From a virus (taxonomy: Duplodnaviria > Caudoviricetes), in the IMG/VR virus record IMGVR_UViG_3300022918_000013, positions 1 through 61,901 of that record: a stretch of DNA of 61,901 nt, one strand, 5' to 3'. The first letter of the stretch is position 1; every line of letters starts with the position of its first letter. Below are positions 28,384-38,091 of the stretch, piece after piece. The notes beneath the pieces are model-generated. The model was not told where the DNA came from and searched no databases. It saw only the letters and a list, made by a program, of their open reading frames with translations. Position numbers and translations under genes: made by a program.

Positions 28384-28719
28384 TCATGATTCCCCCTCCG
28401 TTGGTGGTTCTGGAAGCTCGCGGAAGTGGGTTGGTTGATCTGGATAAGGATCAAGATCACAAAGAGCTTCATCCACATAAACCCAGAGAGCATAATCTCT
28501 TCCCTCAATCCATCTCATCCTATGTTGTTCTCCATTGAATGCCCATATATGGCAATCACGCGGCGCTTCGCTGATAGGGCGCCACTTGTTCAGCTCGCGA
28601 TGGGCGATTGTTGCATAAAGTATTATATCGCGGCGCTCGCCAATAGTAAATTGCTCGGGCCATTTAGCGCCATCGCATTTTGCAGACGCCATCTTCTTCG
28701 CTAGATCTTCAATGCTCAT
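28384..28719 (-). CDS. DUF551-like protein
   Basis: WRPISEAPRD and PTHFRELPEPP. Confidence 0.7.
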   Translation of the reverse strand: MSIEDLAKKMASAKCDGAKWPEQFTIGERRDIILYATIAHRELNKWRPISEAPRDCHIWAFNGEQHRMRWIEGRDYALWVYVDEALCDLDPYPDQPTHFRELPEPPTEGES

Positions 28720-28720
28720 A

Positions 28721-29029
28721 TCATTCAGTCGGCGGTTGAGGTTTCGTTATCGGCATCCAGTAGTCAAATCCATCAACGCGAGTCCAATAGACTTTGGTAA
28801 GGCTATTACCCCCATTTCGACAGACCCAAACATGGCCAGATCTATCCGCATCTTTTTCTTTAGGAAGTCTTACTTCTAAAGAAATCCACCTCGGCCAAAA
28901 CGCCTCCAGTATACCCTTAGCCAAGCATCGCCAGTCGTCTTTGGATGCCTCGGTAAGCATCGCCGGATCGCTGCCTTTTTCGTGCGACCACATGTAGGAC
29001 GCTAGTTGCTCGGTGGTTGGTTGGTTCAT
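28721..29029 (-). CDS. DUF551-like protein
   Basis: WISLEVRLP and YWMPI. Confidence 0.65.
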   Translation of the reverse strand: MNQPTTEQLASYMWSHEKGSDPAMLTEASKDDWRCLAKGILEAFWPRWISLEVRLPKEKDADRSGHVWVCRNGGNSLTKVYWTRVDGFDYWMPITKPQPPTE

Positions 29030-29400
29030 GCTAGTTTAATCCTGTTTCTCCAATTTCTATATTCTCCCGCATGTGCAAAGCCAAGTCTCTTGGCTGCCCT
29101 CTCGTCCTTCTCATGCTTCAGAAATTGCGCAAAGCTATCGAAGCAATCAGCAGCTTCGCGATACCTTCTATACCGCTCTTGAGCGCGAGTCATCTTTGGA
29201 ACCTTTCCCATTCCTAAGTATGTCACCTCGCTCGTTGGGTGAAATGGTCCACGTGGTTTTTTCTCTCCATCGAAATGAACCTCAATGTACTGATTGATGG
29301 CTTTGGTGATGACGCCATTCAATCCGCCTATATTGACGCGCCTGCCTCGCTCAGCAGGAACGCCATAGTAAGTGCGGATGTATTCGAATGGATCATTCAT
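29026..29400 (-). CDS. Conserved phage protein (YIRTYYGVPAERG family), copy A
   Basis: Paralog at 34520..34891. Confidence 0.8.
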   Translation of the reverse strand: MNDPFEYIRTYYGVPAERGRRVNIGGLNGVITKAINQYIEVHFDGEKKPRGPFHPTSEVTYLGMGKVPKMTRAQERYRRYREAADCFDSFAQFLKHEKDERAAKRLGFAHAGEYRNWRNRIKLA

Positions 29401-29768
29401 ACCTCAACCCCCTTCACGATCAGGTATGCTTTGCAGCGTTGGAGGGGGCTGGCTGTTATCTTGGCCCACACAGACCTATAGCTATTCATGTGAGCGCGTA
29501 GAAGGTCTTTCAGGCACTCGATATATCCCTTTATCTCCTTATCTGTCAGCGTCCGTTCAAACTGAGAGCAGGCGTCTAGCGAGGTGGTGAACTTTGGAGG
29601 ATTAACCCAAACACCCTCAATAGTTGGATGCCACCATGCTTCTATGGACGGTCCAAAATAGTTAGGCAGCCTCATGCCATCTTTCTCTACAGGACTATCA
29701 ACTGTAGTCAACTGATGTTGCCAGCCCATTTTCTCCGCCACCTTCACGTTGATCTCTTCGTCGGTCAT
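29397..29768 (-). CDS. Phage ABA-sandwich-like protein
   Basis: EINVKVAEKMGW, PKFTTSLDA, ASPLQRCKAYL. Confidence 0.6.
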   Translation of the reverse strand: MTDEEINVKVAEKMGWQHQLTTVDSPVEKDGMRLPNYFGPSIEAWWHPTIEGVWVNPPKFTTSLDACSQFERTLTDKEIKGYIECLKDLLRAHMNSYRSVWAKITASPLQRCKAYLIVKGVEV

Positions 29769-30067
29769 GGCGCGTCCTCCTTTGGCTTGTTGGCTTTCAT
29801 TGCCTTCAGTTCCTCGCGAGTAGCAAGGCGCTGGCGCATTCCAGTATTAATCATCACTGGCTTGTTTAGCCTCCATTTAGACCATGCTTTTTCACGGTAT
29901 ATTTGCGCCGGATTGCTATTCCAGCTAGCTTTCACGGTGTTAGCATCTGGGAATACCTCGATAATTCGGATACTCCAACAGCCCATAGTCCGCATGGTTG
30001 TATTGCCCATCTTGTGAGAGTGTACATCGTACACTGTCATTCCGGATTTTAGCTTGTCGATCTTCAC
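29765..30067 (-). CDS. Conserved phage protein (KMGNTT family), copy A
   Basis: Paralog at 34888..35187. Confidence 0.8.
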   Translation of the reverse strand: MKIDKLKSGMTVYDVHSHKMGNTTMRTMGCWSIRIIEVFPDANTVKASWNSNPAQIYREKAWSKWRLNKPVMINTGMRQRLATREELKAMKANKPKEDAP

Positions 30068-30243
30068 GCCTTCGCTCCTTTCTTCCTGGCGGCTTCAGCC
30101 TTAAGTCCTTCAAGAGCCAGCAACCTCGACGCTTTAGTCTTCGAGATTCGCTCGCCAAGTCGCTTCGACTCTTGATTTGCCCATTTCTCCACTTTGGCGT
30201 GCTCGGCTTCGGTGAACGGTGTTAGGATTGGTTTGATGTTCAT
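30064..30243 (-). CDS. 59-aa RHH-like protein (not in ORF track)
   Basis: MNIKPILTPFTEAEHAKVEKWA...SKTKASRLLALEGL; GTGA overlap with the next gene. Confidence 0.5.
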   Translation of the reverse strand: MNIKPILTPFTEAEHAKVEKWANQESKRLGERISKTKASRLLALEGLKAEAARKKGAKA

Positions 30244-30560
30244 TGGAAATCTTCCGCGTTGTTAATCCAGTCGCGGCCCTGGCATATCCGGTATCAGTTT
30301 TTCGTAGTTCATAGTCATCGCTGATTCACTTGTGTGATTTCAGCGGGTGTCCGTGCTCAACGCCACGGTGCTATAGGATTATTTCATGGAGGTAAAAACG
30401 AGGTGTTCGTTTTGGGTGAGGCTGCATTTATGACACATCCCTCACTCCTTGTCTAAGACTTTCGTAAAACTTTCTTTAATCGCCTCATCCTCCCTCCGCA
30501 TCTCCTCCTCAATCTGCGCGAGCACTTCGGCTAGGATGTCTTTTATGTGGCGTGGTTCGG

Positions 30561-32330
30561 TCATAGGCGGCTGAATGAAAATCGTGATGAATTGAATTTT
30601 AGGCGGAAGCTTCCGACCCACCCTGAGTCCCGTTGCTTCTCGATAATGACTTCAGTATCGTGCATTCCATCTGCTTGTTCTTTGGTTAAGCGGTTTTCTT
30701 TTTTGAGCCTGTCCTTCTCCTGATTTCGGCAGACAATCGCGATGTTATCCACGTTGTTAGGTATAAGGGAAGATCCTTTGATGCCATACATAGATGGTTT
30801 GGCTTTAATAGATTTGTCTGTTGGCTTGGAGAGATGGGCTACTAGATGTACGTGAGTTTGAGATTGTTTAGCAAACTCCTGTAGCCGATTGCAAAACTCG
30901 CCTTGTTTTGGATAATCTTCCTCTAAACCTTCAATACGCATTAAGGAATCAATGATGTAGTGCTTTGCGCCGAATCGGCGGTAGGCAAACCATAGCATCT
31001 CGAAAAGCATATCTTGTGTGATGTATCCAACTACATCAGCAAAAAGCAAAAGATGCCCAGCGTTGCTGATGAACTCTTTCACGATTGGCGCTGAGATTCT
31101 CTCACCATAAAAAATCGTGATTAGCTTTTTCAAAAGAACCTCAGGGAGCATTTCCATTGATGCCACAAAGACAGGCTCATTCTCTGCTATCAAAACGCTC
31201 TCCATGAAGTTTAGAATGGTGGACTTGCCAGAAAACGAGTATCCCGTCCAGCACGTCACCTCTCCAGGTCGGAGATAAAAACCGCGCTCCGGCCACTTCT
31301 CTTTGAAAAACTCAAGGGTAAAGGCTTCTCCTTTATCGCGTAGTGACTCAAGGGTTCGTGCTTCAAGTTCCTTAGCGGTGAGGAATTTATTTACCCCTGG
31401 CGCTTTTGCGTTCACTATCCAATCAGCGGCATCTTCGGAGGAATAGCCTGACTGAAGGCAGGCGTTCGCGTCCTTTTTCGGCATCGAAACCAACATGCAA
31501 CGATGCTTGCCAAGACGGCTCATTACTTTTTCAGCAATAGTTTGGCCTGCCGCATCCTGGTCAAAGGCGAGATAGATCGTATCAAAGGCGGCAAGGTTAT
31601 CCCATTCGTAGTCAATCCATGAGCATCCGCTTCCGTTTGGAATAGAAAGCGCAGGAATACCCCATTGCAGCCAAGATGCGCAATCTATCTGTCCCTCGCT
31701 CAAAAGCACCTTGCGGGCCTTGTAAGCGGCCTCTGGGAGGGCGTGCCAACCAAAGAGGCAGGGAGCGCAACCGGTGTCTTGCCAAACCTTCTTCTTTTCG
31801 CCCAGTGTTCGATAGCTGCGATTGATGAGAATACCGGAAGGAGAGAAGCACGGGAAAACGATAGCTTTGTGAGCAACTGATCCCTCGATCTTCAGCGCCT
31901 CGACAATCTCACGCTTGAGGCCGCGAATAGTTGTTAAGTACTTCATGGCATCACCAGCATGATTCAGAGGTGCAGTCTTTACCTCTGCGGGCTTTGCGTA
32001 CTGCTTTGCCTCTTGCTGGCGCACAGGATCTATAATACCAAGGTATGCTTTAGCCTCCTTGATGGCCTCGGCCTGCGTTAAGCCTTTCACCATGCGCCAA
32101 AGGTCAATCAAATCACCCTTGGCTTCATCGCCTGCTGCCCAATCGCGCCATTGGCCCGCGTAGGTCGAGTGGATGCGAACCTTTAGACTTTCCCCAGGGC
32201 CACCGCTCAAATCTCCACACAGCCATTCCTGGCCGTATTCCTTGCCCCCTGGCAATAGGAATCGGGCGACTTGAGGGGCAATAGCGGAAAGCCTGTCTGA
32301 GATGTCAGAAACTTTGATTTCCATTTTCAT
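30561..32330 (-). CDS. TOPRIM primase-SF4 helicase (T7 gp4/Twinkle-like)
   Basis: SEGQID, FDQDAAG, KDAN, GYSFSGKS Walker A, HLVAH, IKGS, EKQR. Confidence 0.92.
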   Translation of the reverse strand: MKMEIKVSDISDRLSAIAPQVARFLLPGGKEYGQEWLCGDLSGGPGESLKVRIHSTYAGQWRDWAAGDEAKGDLIDLWRMVKGLTQAEAIKEAKAYLGIIDPVRQQEAKQYAKPAEVKTAPLNHAGDAMKYLTTIRGLKREIVEALKIEGSVAHKAIVFPCFSPSGILINRSYRTLGEKKKVWQDTGCAPCLFGWHALPEAAYKARKVLLSEGQIDCASWLQWGIPALSIPNGSGCSWIDYEWDNLAAFDTIYLAFDQDAAGQTIAEKVMSRLGKHRCMLVSMPKKDANACLQSGYSSEDAADWIVNAKAPGVNKFLTAKELEARTLESLRDKGEAFTLEFFKEKWPERGFYLRPGEVTCWTGYSFSGKSTILNFMESVLIAENEPVFVASMEMLPEVLLKKLITIFYGERISAPIVKEFISNAGHLLLFADVVGYITQDMLFEMLWFAYRRFGAKHYIIDSLMRIEGLEEDYPKQGEFCNRLQEFAKQSQTHVHLVAHLSKPTDKSIKAKPSMYGIKGSSLIPNNVDNIAIVCRNQEKDRLKKENRLTKEQADGMHDTEVIIEKQRDSGWVGSFRLKFNSSRFSFSRL

Positions 32331-33237
32331 CCTCTTCTATCGCTAAAGGCGGTTGGTTCTCAGCTTCTTCCTTGGCTTCTCGCTCGGCTCTCTTTTGCTG
32401 CCAGAGCAACAGGGGGTCAATTTCTTCCGGCGTGTAAGACTTGTTCACATCAGGGTCCACCCAAAGGTCCATGTTATTGCCGTACTCGTTTTCCCAGCTT
32501 CGACTCCTGAGCCATGTGGCCGGGAACGGGATAAATTGCCCGTCATCCTTTTGCCATTGCTCCTCAAATTCCTTTTGAGTGCGGATGGCCTGAATCAGCA
32601 CCTCTAACGACACAGCACCCTTGATCGCCTTCCACGCTTTCCACGCATCACCCTTGGCTTTCTTCTTTGGGTACTCAGCCCAAAAAGCGTCAAAGGACTT
32701 GGAATAGGTGTCAGTAGGAGGGTTTTTACTACCACTCCCCAAGCCGTCAGGCGACGAAGTACTTGCTTCTACCTTTCCTTTTCCATCTCCATCTCCATCT
32801 CCATCTCCATCTCCTATGGGCTTATTTTTGATTACGAATGCTGACGACTGCTTATCAGCTTTTACTTCCTTCTTACTGTTGCGCCATTTCTCCTGTGCTT
32901 TGCGGTTCTGTTCCCGCCGGTCTTCATCGTTTTTGATGGCGCGGTAACGGCCATAATTGACGACACGCCAGCCCCAGGCGCGATTGTCTGAGACACGGAT
33001 AATCCGCCTACCGTCCTCTTCAGGGGATCGGCTTTCGTCGTCTGGAGATTCCAAGATCGTGACAGCGGCGCGCACCTCATCCAAACTCAGGCCCACCTCA
33101 TCGGCGATGGCGCGGAAATGCTTATCGACATACCCCTCCTTGTCGCAATGGGCGAGCATGTTGGTGAATACGAGGATTTCATGAGGCTTCCCGCGAAGGG
33201 TTCCTTGGTAGAGGCTGGCAAACAGTTTACAATACAT
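32305..33237 (-). CDS. Phage replication initiator
   Basis: VVNYGRYR, GD linker, FDAFWAEYPKK and FIPFPATWL. Confidence 0.8.
   Translation of the reverse strand: MYCKLFASLYQGTLRGKPHEILVFTNMLAHCDKEGYVDKHFRAIADEVGLSLDEVRAAVTILESPDDESRSPEEDGRRIIRVSDNRAWGWRVVNYGRYRAIKNDEDRREQNRKAQEKWRNSKKEVKADKQSSAFVIKNKPIGDGDGDGDGDGKGKVEASTSSPDGLGSGSKNPPTDTYSKSFDAFWAEYPKKKAKGDAWKAWKAIKGAVSLEVLIQAIRTQKEFEEQWQKDDGQFIPFPATWLRSRSWENEYGNNMDLWVDPDVNKSYTPEEIDPLLLWQQKRAEREAKEEAENQPPLAIEEDENGNQSF
32783..32812. repeat. (CCATCT)x5 microsatellite encoding the GD linker
   Basis: Five exact hexamers. Confidence 0.9.
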
Positions 33238-33309
33238 AGTAAGCAGTGGAATATTATTATAAGCATTACGGATTTGAGGCGGTGAGTCTAGTAGAAAATG
33301 AATTCTCGC

Positions 33310-33879
33310 TCAGTCTTTCCAAACTCCTTTATGCGGCTCAGAGGCATCTACACAGGAATCACAAACATGCTCATGCTTGCCGTCGCGGGCGTTGAAATTC
33401 CCTGGCGTCTTCCATTCCTTGCACCGATGGCAGCAAACGCGCTCGGTTTCCCCTTTTGCTTTGGTCGTATAAATTGGGTCGAGGCGGATTTCATCCAGTG
33501 GCGTTTCGTGCTTCCTCGCTAGCGCAGAGGCGATCCTGAACCTAGCCGTTGCCTCCTTTGTCTGCTTTAGATCCTGAAGGGCTAAGCGAATCACATCAGA
33601 GTTGTACATTACCTCTTCATTGGTGAACCTGAAGACCATGAAGCCTAGACCTCGCGCCCAGAAATCACGACGGCGATCCTTAGCCTTGTCCTGGTGAATG
33701 CCTCCATCGACTTCAATCAGGACATTGATTGACGGTATAGCAAGATCCACAATCATCTTGCCTATTACCACTTGTCTTCTGATTCGGTGGTATCCCCACC
33801 CTCGTAGGTGGTGTTTTAACAATTCTTCAGCGCCGGTCGGTTTCAGCCTGAGCTGCCGCGCCTTCTGATAAATATTCAT
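33310..33879 (-). CDS. DUF559/Vsr-like endonuclease
   Basis: LRLKPTGAE, RRQ, IEVDGGIH, DRRRD, FRFTN; C-terminal CxxC pairs. Confidence 0.85.
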   Translation of the reverse strand: MNIYQKARQLRLKPTGAEELLKHHLRGWGYHRIRRQVVIGKMIVDLAIPSINVLIEVDGGIHQDKAKDRRRDFWARGLGFMVFRFTNEEVMYNSDVIRLALQDLKQTKEATARFRIASALARKHETPLDEIRLDPIYTTKAKGETERVCCHRCKEWKTPGNFNARDGKHEHVCDSCVDASEPHKGVWKD

Positions 33880-33887
33880 CGGGAGTA

Positions 33888-34012
33888 AACACAAAAAGGC
33901 CGCTGAGGGTTGCCTCCTGTGGAACTCCCAATTTCTCGGGCAGGAGACAGGCCTCAGCGGCCAAAATTTAAGTTAAAACTAGGTCGATCAAACATCACCG
34001 GTTCCAAACGGC
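33888..34012 (-). promoter_or_regulatory. C4-like attenuator leader before the replication genes
   Basis: GGCCGCTGAGG/CCTCAGCGGCC stem plus T5; internal GTTCCA is complementary to upstream TGGAAC. Confidence 0.55.
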
Positions 34013-34190
34013 TCGTCTTATCGACACCAAACCCTTACACCTCCCTACTCGTAAGACAAGGGCGAATTGATTCTCAACTCAGCCACATTGACGGCAATAA
34101 GCAAGTTCCGGCAGATCGTGTGCAGCTTCGGCCCGTCCTCGCAGGCGCGTGTCTCAGCTTCGTTAAGCGGGTCTTCGCAGAGTTCGCAGG

Positions 34191-34523
34191 TCATCCCTCT
34201 CCCTCCGTTGGCGGCTTCGGCAGGGGAAGGAAGTGGGTGGGCTCACAAGTGACAGCGTACGCATCTTCAAGAGAAGCACGCCAAAACCCATTTACGCACA
34301 CGCCAACGCCAGCAGACACGCCGAGACCGCCATTTATCTCACCCTCCCAAGGTCCAAAGATTATCGCTTTAGCATCCTTGTGGGCATCCTCGACAGGACG
34401 CCACTTAGTCTTCTCCATCTCAGCCTCCAGCGCCTCGATAAGCTCCTTGATCGGCCCTTGGGACTGCATCCCAGCGTGTGTTGGATACCAGCGTTTGATT
34501 TGTTCTAGGCGGGTGGCGGTCAT
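34191..34523 (-). CDS. DUF551-like protein
   Basis: WRPVEDA and PTHFLPLPKPP. Confidence 0.7.
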   Translation of the reverse strand: MTATRLEQIKRWYPTHAGMQSQGPIKELIEALEAEMEKTKWRPVEDAHKDAKAIIFGPWEGEINGGLGVSAGVGVCVNGFWRASLEDAYAVTCEPTHFLPLPKPPTEGEG

Positions 34524-34891
34524 GGTGATAAAGATCTCCTCCAATTTCTGTATTGCGAAGCGTCGCTAAATCCCAAGCGCTTAGCGGCTCGCTCGTCTTT
34601 TTCATGTAGAAGAAATTGCCAAAAGCTATCGAAGCAATCGGCAACTTCGCGGTACCTCCTGTATCGCTCTTGAGCACGGGTCATCTTTGGAACATCACCC
34701 ATTCCGAGATATGTAACCTCGCTCGTTGGGTGAAATGGCCCGCGTGGTTTCTTATCGCCATCGAAATGAACTTCGATGTACTGATTGATAGCTTTGGTAA
34801 TAACGCCATTCAATCCGCCGATGTTGACGCGACGACCTCGCTCGGCTGGCACTCCGTAATAAGTGCGGATGTATTCGAATGGGTTATTCAC
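34520..34891 (-). CDS. YIRTYYGVPAERG family protein, copy B
   Basis: Paralog of 29026..29400. Confidence 0.8.
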   Translation of the reverse strand: MNNPFEYIRTYYGVPAERGRRVNIGGLNGVITKAINQYIEVHFDGDKKPRGPFHPTSEVTYLGMGDVPKMTRAQERYRRYREVADCFDSFWQFLLHEKDERAAKRLGFSDASQYRNWRRSLSP

Positions 34892-35187
34892 GACTCCACC
34901 TCCTTCGTCTTGCTGGCGTGAACTTTCTTTTCTTCACGGGTGGCAAGGCGTTGGCGCATCCCAGTTTCAATCATGAGTGGTTTTGCAAGACGCCACTTGC
35001 TCCAAGTCCTCTCACGGTAGATTTGTGCTCCATTGCTATTCCAAGAGGCTTTCACAGTTCCTGTGTCGGGGTAAGTTTCAATTATCCTCACACTCCAGCA
35101 GCCCATAGTCCGCATGGATGTATTGCCCATCTTGTGCGAGTGTACGTCATACACCGTAATTCCAGGTTTTAGTTTGTCGATCTTCAT
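34888..35187 (-). CDS. KMGNTT family protein, copy B
   Basis: Paralog of 29765..30067. Confidence 0.8.
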   Translation of the reverse strand: MKIDKLKPGITVYDVHSHKMGNTSMRTMGCWSVRIIETYPDTGTVKASWNSNGAQIYRERTWSKWRLAKPLMIETGMRQRLATREEKKVHASKTKEVES

Positions 35188-35333
35188 CGCTTGGCTTTCT
35201 TCTTGGGTTGTGGGTGCTTGAGGGCTTCACGAAGTGCCTCTTCTGTGAATTGCTGGAGGCTCTTTGATTTGTAGCTTGCCGCGATCTTTGCAAGCTTGTG
35301 CAAAGCGTCGTCAATTCGTATTGATTTAGTCAT
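35184..35333 (-). CDS. 49-aa RHH protein (not in ORF track)
   Basis: MTKSIRIDDALHKLAKIAASYKSKSLQQFTEEAL; ATGA overlap. Confidence 0.7.
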   Translation of the reverse strand: MTKSIRIDDALHKLAKIAASYKSKSLQQFTEEALREALKHPQPKKKAKR

Positions 35334-35384
35334 GGCGGATACTATTACGCATATTCCACGTTACGACAAGTGGAAAGTGAAGAA

Positions 35385-35831
35385 TTAAAACTGCTTTTGC
35401 TGCCTGTCGTAGAATGTGACAGCCACTGCTAGAGCCGCCCAAATATCCTTCGAGACTCCATACGTTGCCCCCGGTGTCTTCTTTGTTCCTGGGGCTCCTA
35501 AGCGGTCAATGAGAGCCTGTCTGATATTGGAGTCTTTCGCCCTCATTGAATGGCAAAGGTGCATTTTTACATCCTTGCGGTAAAGGCGGCTCATATTGCC
35601 ATTACGGGCCTGGATATAGCGGCCAGTCCAAATGCACGTCTCGAATACTTCGGCCCCAACAGCCATCCCGTATGAAGCTATACACTCGGTAACAAAAGCA
35701 TCACATGGCCATGCTTTCATTGCCTCTAAAACTTCCAGATTTGGCATCTTGGCTTTGCCTAAAATGCGTGATCCATCCCACACAACAAAGGCGCTCTCTG
35801 TTGGTCCGGGGTCGATTGCGAAGATAGTCAC
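35385..35831 (-). CDS. RuvC-like Holliday junction resolvase
   Basis: AIDPG, ECIASYGM, DIWAALAVA. Confidence 0.8.
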   Translation of the reverse strand: MTIFAIDPGPTESAFVVWDGSRILGKAKMPNLEVLEAMKAWPCDAFVTECIASYGMAVGAEVFETCIWTGRYIQARNGNMSRLYRKDVKMHLCHSMRAKDSNIRQALIDRLGAPGTKKTPGATYGVSKDIWAALAVAVTFYDRQQKQF

Positions 35832-36012
35832 TTCCTTTTCTTCGCCCTCCGGAAATGTTTCCAGAACGAGCTTGCAGACTCCATTGGCTTCCAGTCTTTA
35901 GGAGCTTCAGGCCGCACGCTCTGGTCTATGGCGATGTGCGTGTAGTTTTGCGCCAGAAAGTTCTCGCAGAACTCTTTCGTCAACGGCTCCTGCATGTGGA
36001 TGATGCCGACTT

Positions 36013-36399
36013 TCACTTTGCGGCCCTCCCTGCTTGCCAAGCTAAGAAACAGTCTTCCTTAGATCCTTGGCCTTGGTTTTCTTTTCGTTTTGGTGATTGC
36101 CACCACGCCTCAAACTTCGCCCGCTCCTCGTCTTCGGGGGTGGGCAGGAGGAAGTCAATAAACCAGATAGCATCAGCATATTCACAAGCTCTTGCATTAT
36201 CGCCTTGTGGTTTGAAAAATTCCCGAAATGAATTTAACGGCCTTGGGTTATCAAACTCAGCCATCGGCCTGAGCATCACAACAGGCTCGGGGAGTGTGGC
36301 GATTGCGGCCTCAACACATTTTTTATGTGGTAGGGAAAACTCTGCTGTCTTCCTGTAGGCTTTTACGGCCTCATCTAACTGTTCTTCGGTGATCTTCAT
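36013..36399 (-). CDS. Hypothetical protein
   Basis: ERAKFEAW..AWQAGRA motif. Confidence 0.6.
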   Translation of the reverse strand: MKITEEQLDEAVKAYRKTAEFSLPHKKCVEAAIATLPEPVVMLRPMAEFDNPRPLNSFREFFKPQGDNARACEYADAIWFIDFLLPTPEDEERAKFEAWWQSPKRKENQGQGSKEDCFLAWQAGRAAK

Positions 36400-36411
36400 T
36401 TTGATTGGGTG

Positions 36412-36762
36412 TTAAAACTTCTTGCCGCCTGCTGCCAAGCGAGCTTCGTGGGTGTGGTCGAGCCTTGATGCGTTGTAAGCCATCTTCTCTTCAAAGGCTC
36501 CTTGCAGGTCGAGTCCGAAACCTCCGGCGTAGTCAAAGATGCGGATGATGGTATCGACTAGCTCCACCTCCTCCATCTTGCGGTGAGGCAGTTTGTCGTC
36601 CATTAGGTCTTTTCGAACACCCTCCATCGCTTCGGAAAGCTCGGAGTGCATGAGGCAAATCAACTCGCCTTTGTTGCGCTCGATTGGTTTGCCGGTCTTT
36701 GGATCTTGCCACCATTTGAGGCTGGCGGCGTGGCATTGGTCGCGGTAGTCGTTTAGGTTCAT
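36412..36762 (-). CDS. MazG-like NTP pyrophosphohydrolase
   Basis: MHSELSEAMEG, EVELVDTIIRIFD, KMAYN. Confidence 0.85.
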   Translation of the reverse strand: MNLNDYRDQCHAASLKWWQDPKTGKPIERNKGELICLMHSELSEAMEGVRKDLMDDKLPHRKMEEVELVDTIIRIFDYAGGFGLDLQGAFEEKMAYNASRLDHTHEARLAAGGKKF

Positions 36763-36772
36763 AGAGGTAGTG

Positions 36773-37315
36773 TTAGTAGATTTCGTCGTGGCGAGCGAAG
36801 GGGATGGAATCCATTTCAGCCAATGAAGCTGTGCTTGTACTAGATGGTAGCTCATCGCTGCTAGCCTTTTGTTGCAGGTCTTTCACGACAGCCTTTGATC
36901 GGCCTTCCAGTGAGGCAATGAGACTTGTGGCCTTGCGTTCATCCAGCTTCGCTCCTCCGCCGTCTGGATTGAGCCAGCGAACCTTGCAGCGCTCTTTGCC
37001 GTTGTAAGTCTCCATGACGGTCACGATACGACAGCGTAGGCCATCGAATCCATTCGGATCTCTGACAAGAGCGCCCCATTGACCTTCAAAATTGAAAGCT
37101 TCATGCAATGCTTTCACCGTGGACGAAAGAGCGCCGTCAGTCAGCCATCCTTGCCATGTGATGCGCTTGCCATCCTGCGGGCCTCCGATGACGACCAGAG
37201 GGATTTGGCAGCAAGGTGTTTCTTTGTCTCCGACTTCGATTAGCCATCCATTGTTAGGCCGTTCAACTCGGCAGGTGAATGTTCCAGCGGTGTTTAGGTA
37301 TGCGTCGTTGCTCAT
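36773..37315 (-). CDS. Single-stranded DNA-binding protein (DUF669-like)
   Basis: Follows recombinase and exonuclease; DSIPF near the C-terminus. Confidence 0.7.
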   Translation of the reverse strand: MSNDAYLNTAGTFTCRVERPNNGWLIEVGDKETPCCQIPLVVIGGPQDGKRITWQGWLTDGALSSTVKALHEAFNFEGQWGALVRDPNGFDGLRCRIVTVMETYNGKERCKVRWLNPDGGGAKLDERKATSLIASLEGRSKAVVKDLQQKASSDELPSSTSTASLAEMDSIPFARHDEIY

Positions 37316-37324
37316 AGTGATATT

Positions 37325-38086
37325 TTACAGTTCGTTGATTTGATCTTGCCCGGCGTATGCGGGCCACAGGTTTTCATCCGTGCATCTCTTCCAAGTGTCC
37401 AAAACTTCGTTTAACTTCCGTCGTCCTTCTGTGATTGTCTCCATAGACTCGCGGTAAACCATGACGGTGTATGGTGGCGATGTTTCTTGAACGATCCAGA
37501 TTCCAACCGCCTCCTCGTCGAGGCAGTTCCTAACCAACTCTTTATAAACCCCAAATTGGAGATCGTAGTGCAAAGGCTCCCGAGTGGCCTTCTTGCGAAA
37601 AGCCCAAGCTCGGGAGTCTGTCGTCGTTTTGAAGTCTCCGATTACTGGAGTGCCATCTGTAGAGCGCCCGTAGAGGTCCAAGAGGCCCTTGCAAAGCACG
37701 CCATTCAAATCAGCCTGCAACGCTTTTTCTCGCTCCTTGCAGCAAGCGAGGATGCCCCTGGCAATGGGGTGCTTTGTAACAGCTTCCGCCATGCGTGGCA
37801 CCTTCATTGCTGATTCCTCTTCCAAGATAGGAAGGGTCTGCGCGGCCTTCCATGCTTTCCCTTCCTTGGTTGCAAAGCTCATTCCTTTAGGCTTCAGAGC
37901 AAAACAATCTGTTAGGTCTTTGCCCTCCAAAACGAGACTATGCGACATGGTACCGACCGCATAGCGTAGTTCGTCCACTTCCTCGGGCTCGTTCCTGGCT
38001 GTCCAGTAGTGGGCAGGAGAACGTAGGATGTGCTTGAGCGTGGAGAAACGCTCGCCTTCCAGTTTGTTGTACTCTTCGCGTGTCAT
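37325..38086 (-). CDS. PD-(D/E)xK exonuclease (RecE/DUF3799-like)
   Basis: SPAHY, GTMSH, KGLLD, DFKTT, YDLQ. Confidence 0.85.
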   Translation of the reverse strand: MTREEYNKLEGERFSTLKHILRSPAHYWTARNEPEEVDELRYAVGTMSHSLVLEGKDLTDCFALKPKGMSFATKEGKAWKAAQTLPILEEESAMKVPRMAEAVTKHPIARGILACCKEREKALQADLNGVLCKGLLDLYGRSTDGTPVIGDFKTTTDSRAWAFRKKATREPLHYDLQFGVYKELVRNCLDEEAVGIWIVQETSPPYTVMVYRESMETITEGRRKLNEVLDTWKRCTDENLWPAYAGQDQINEL

Positions 38087-38091
38087 AGAGG

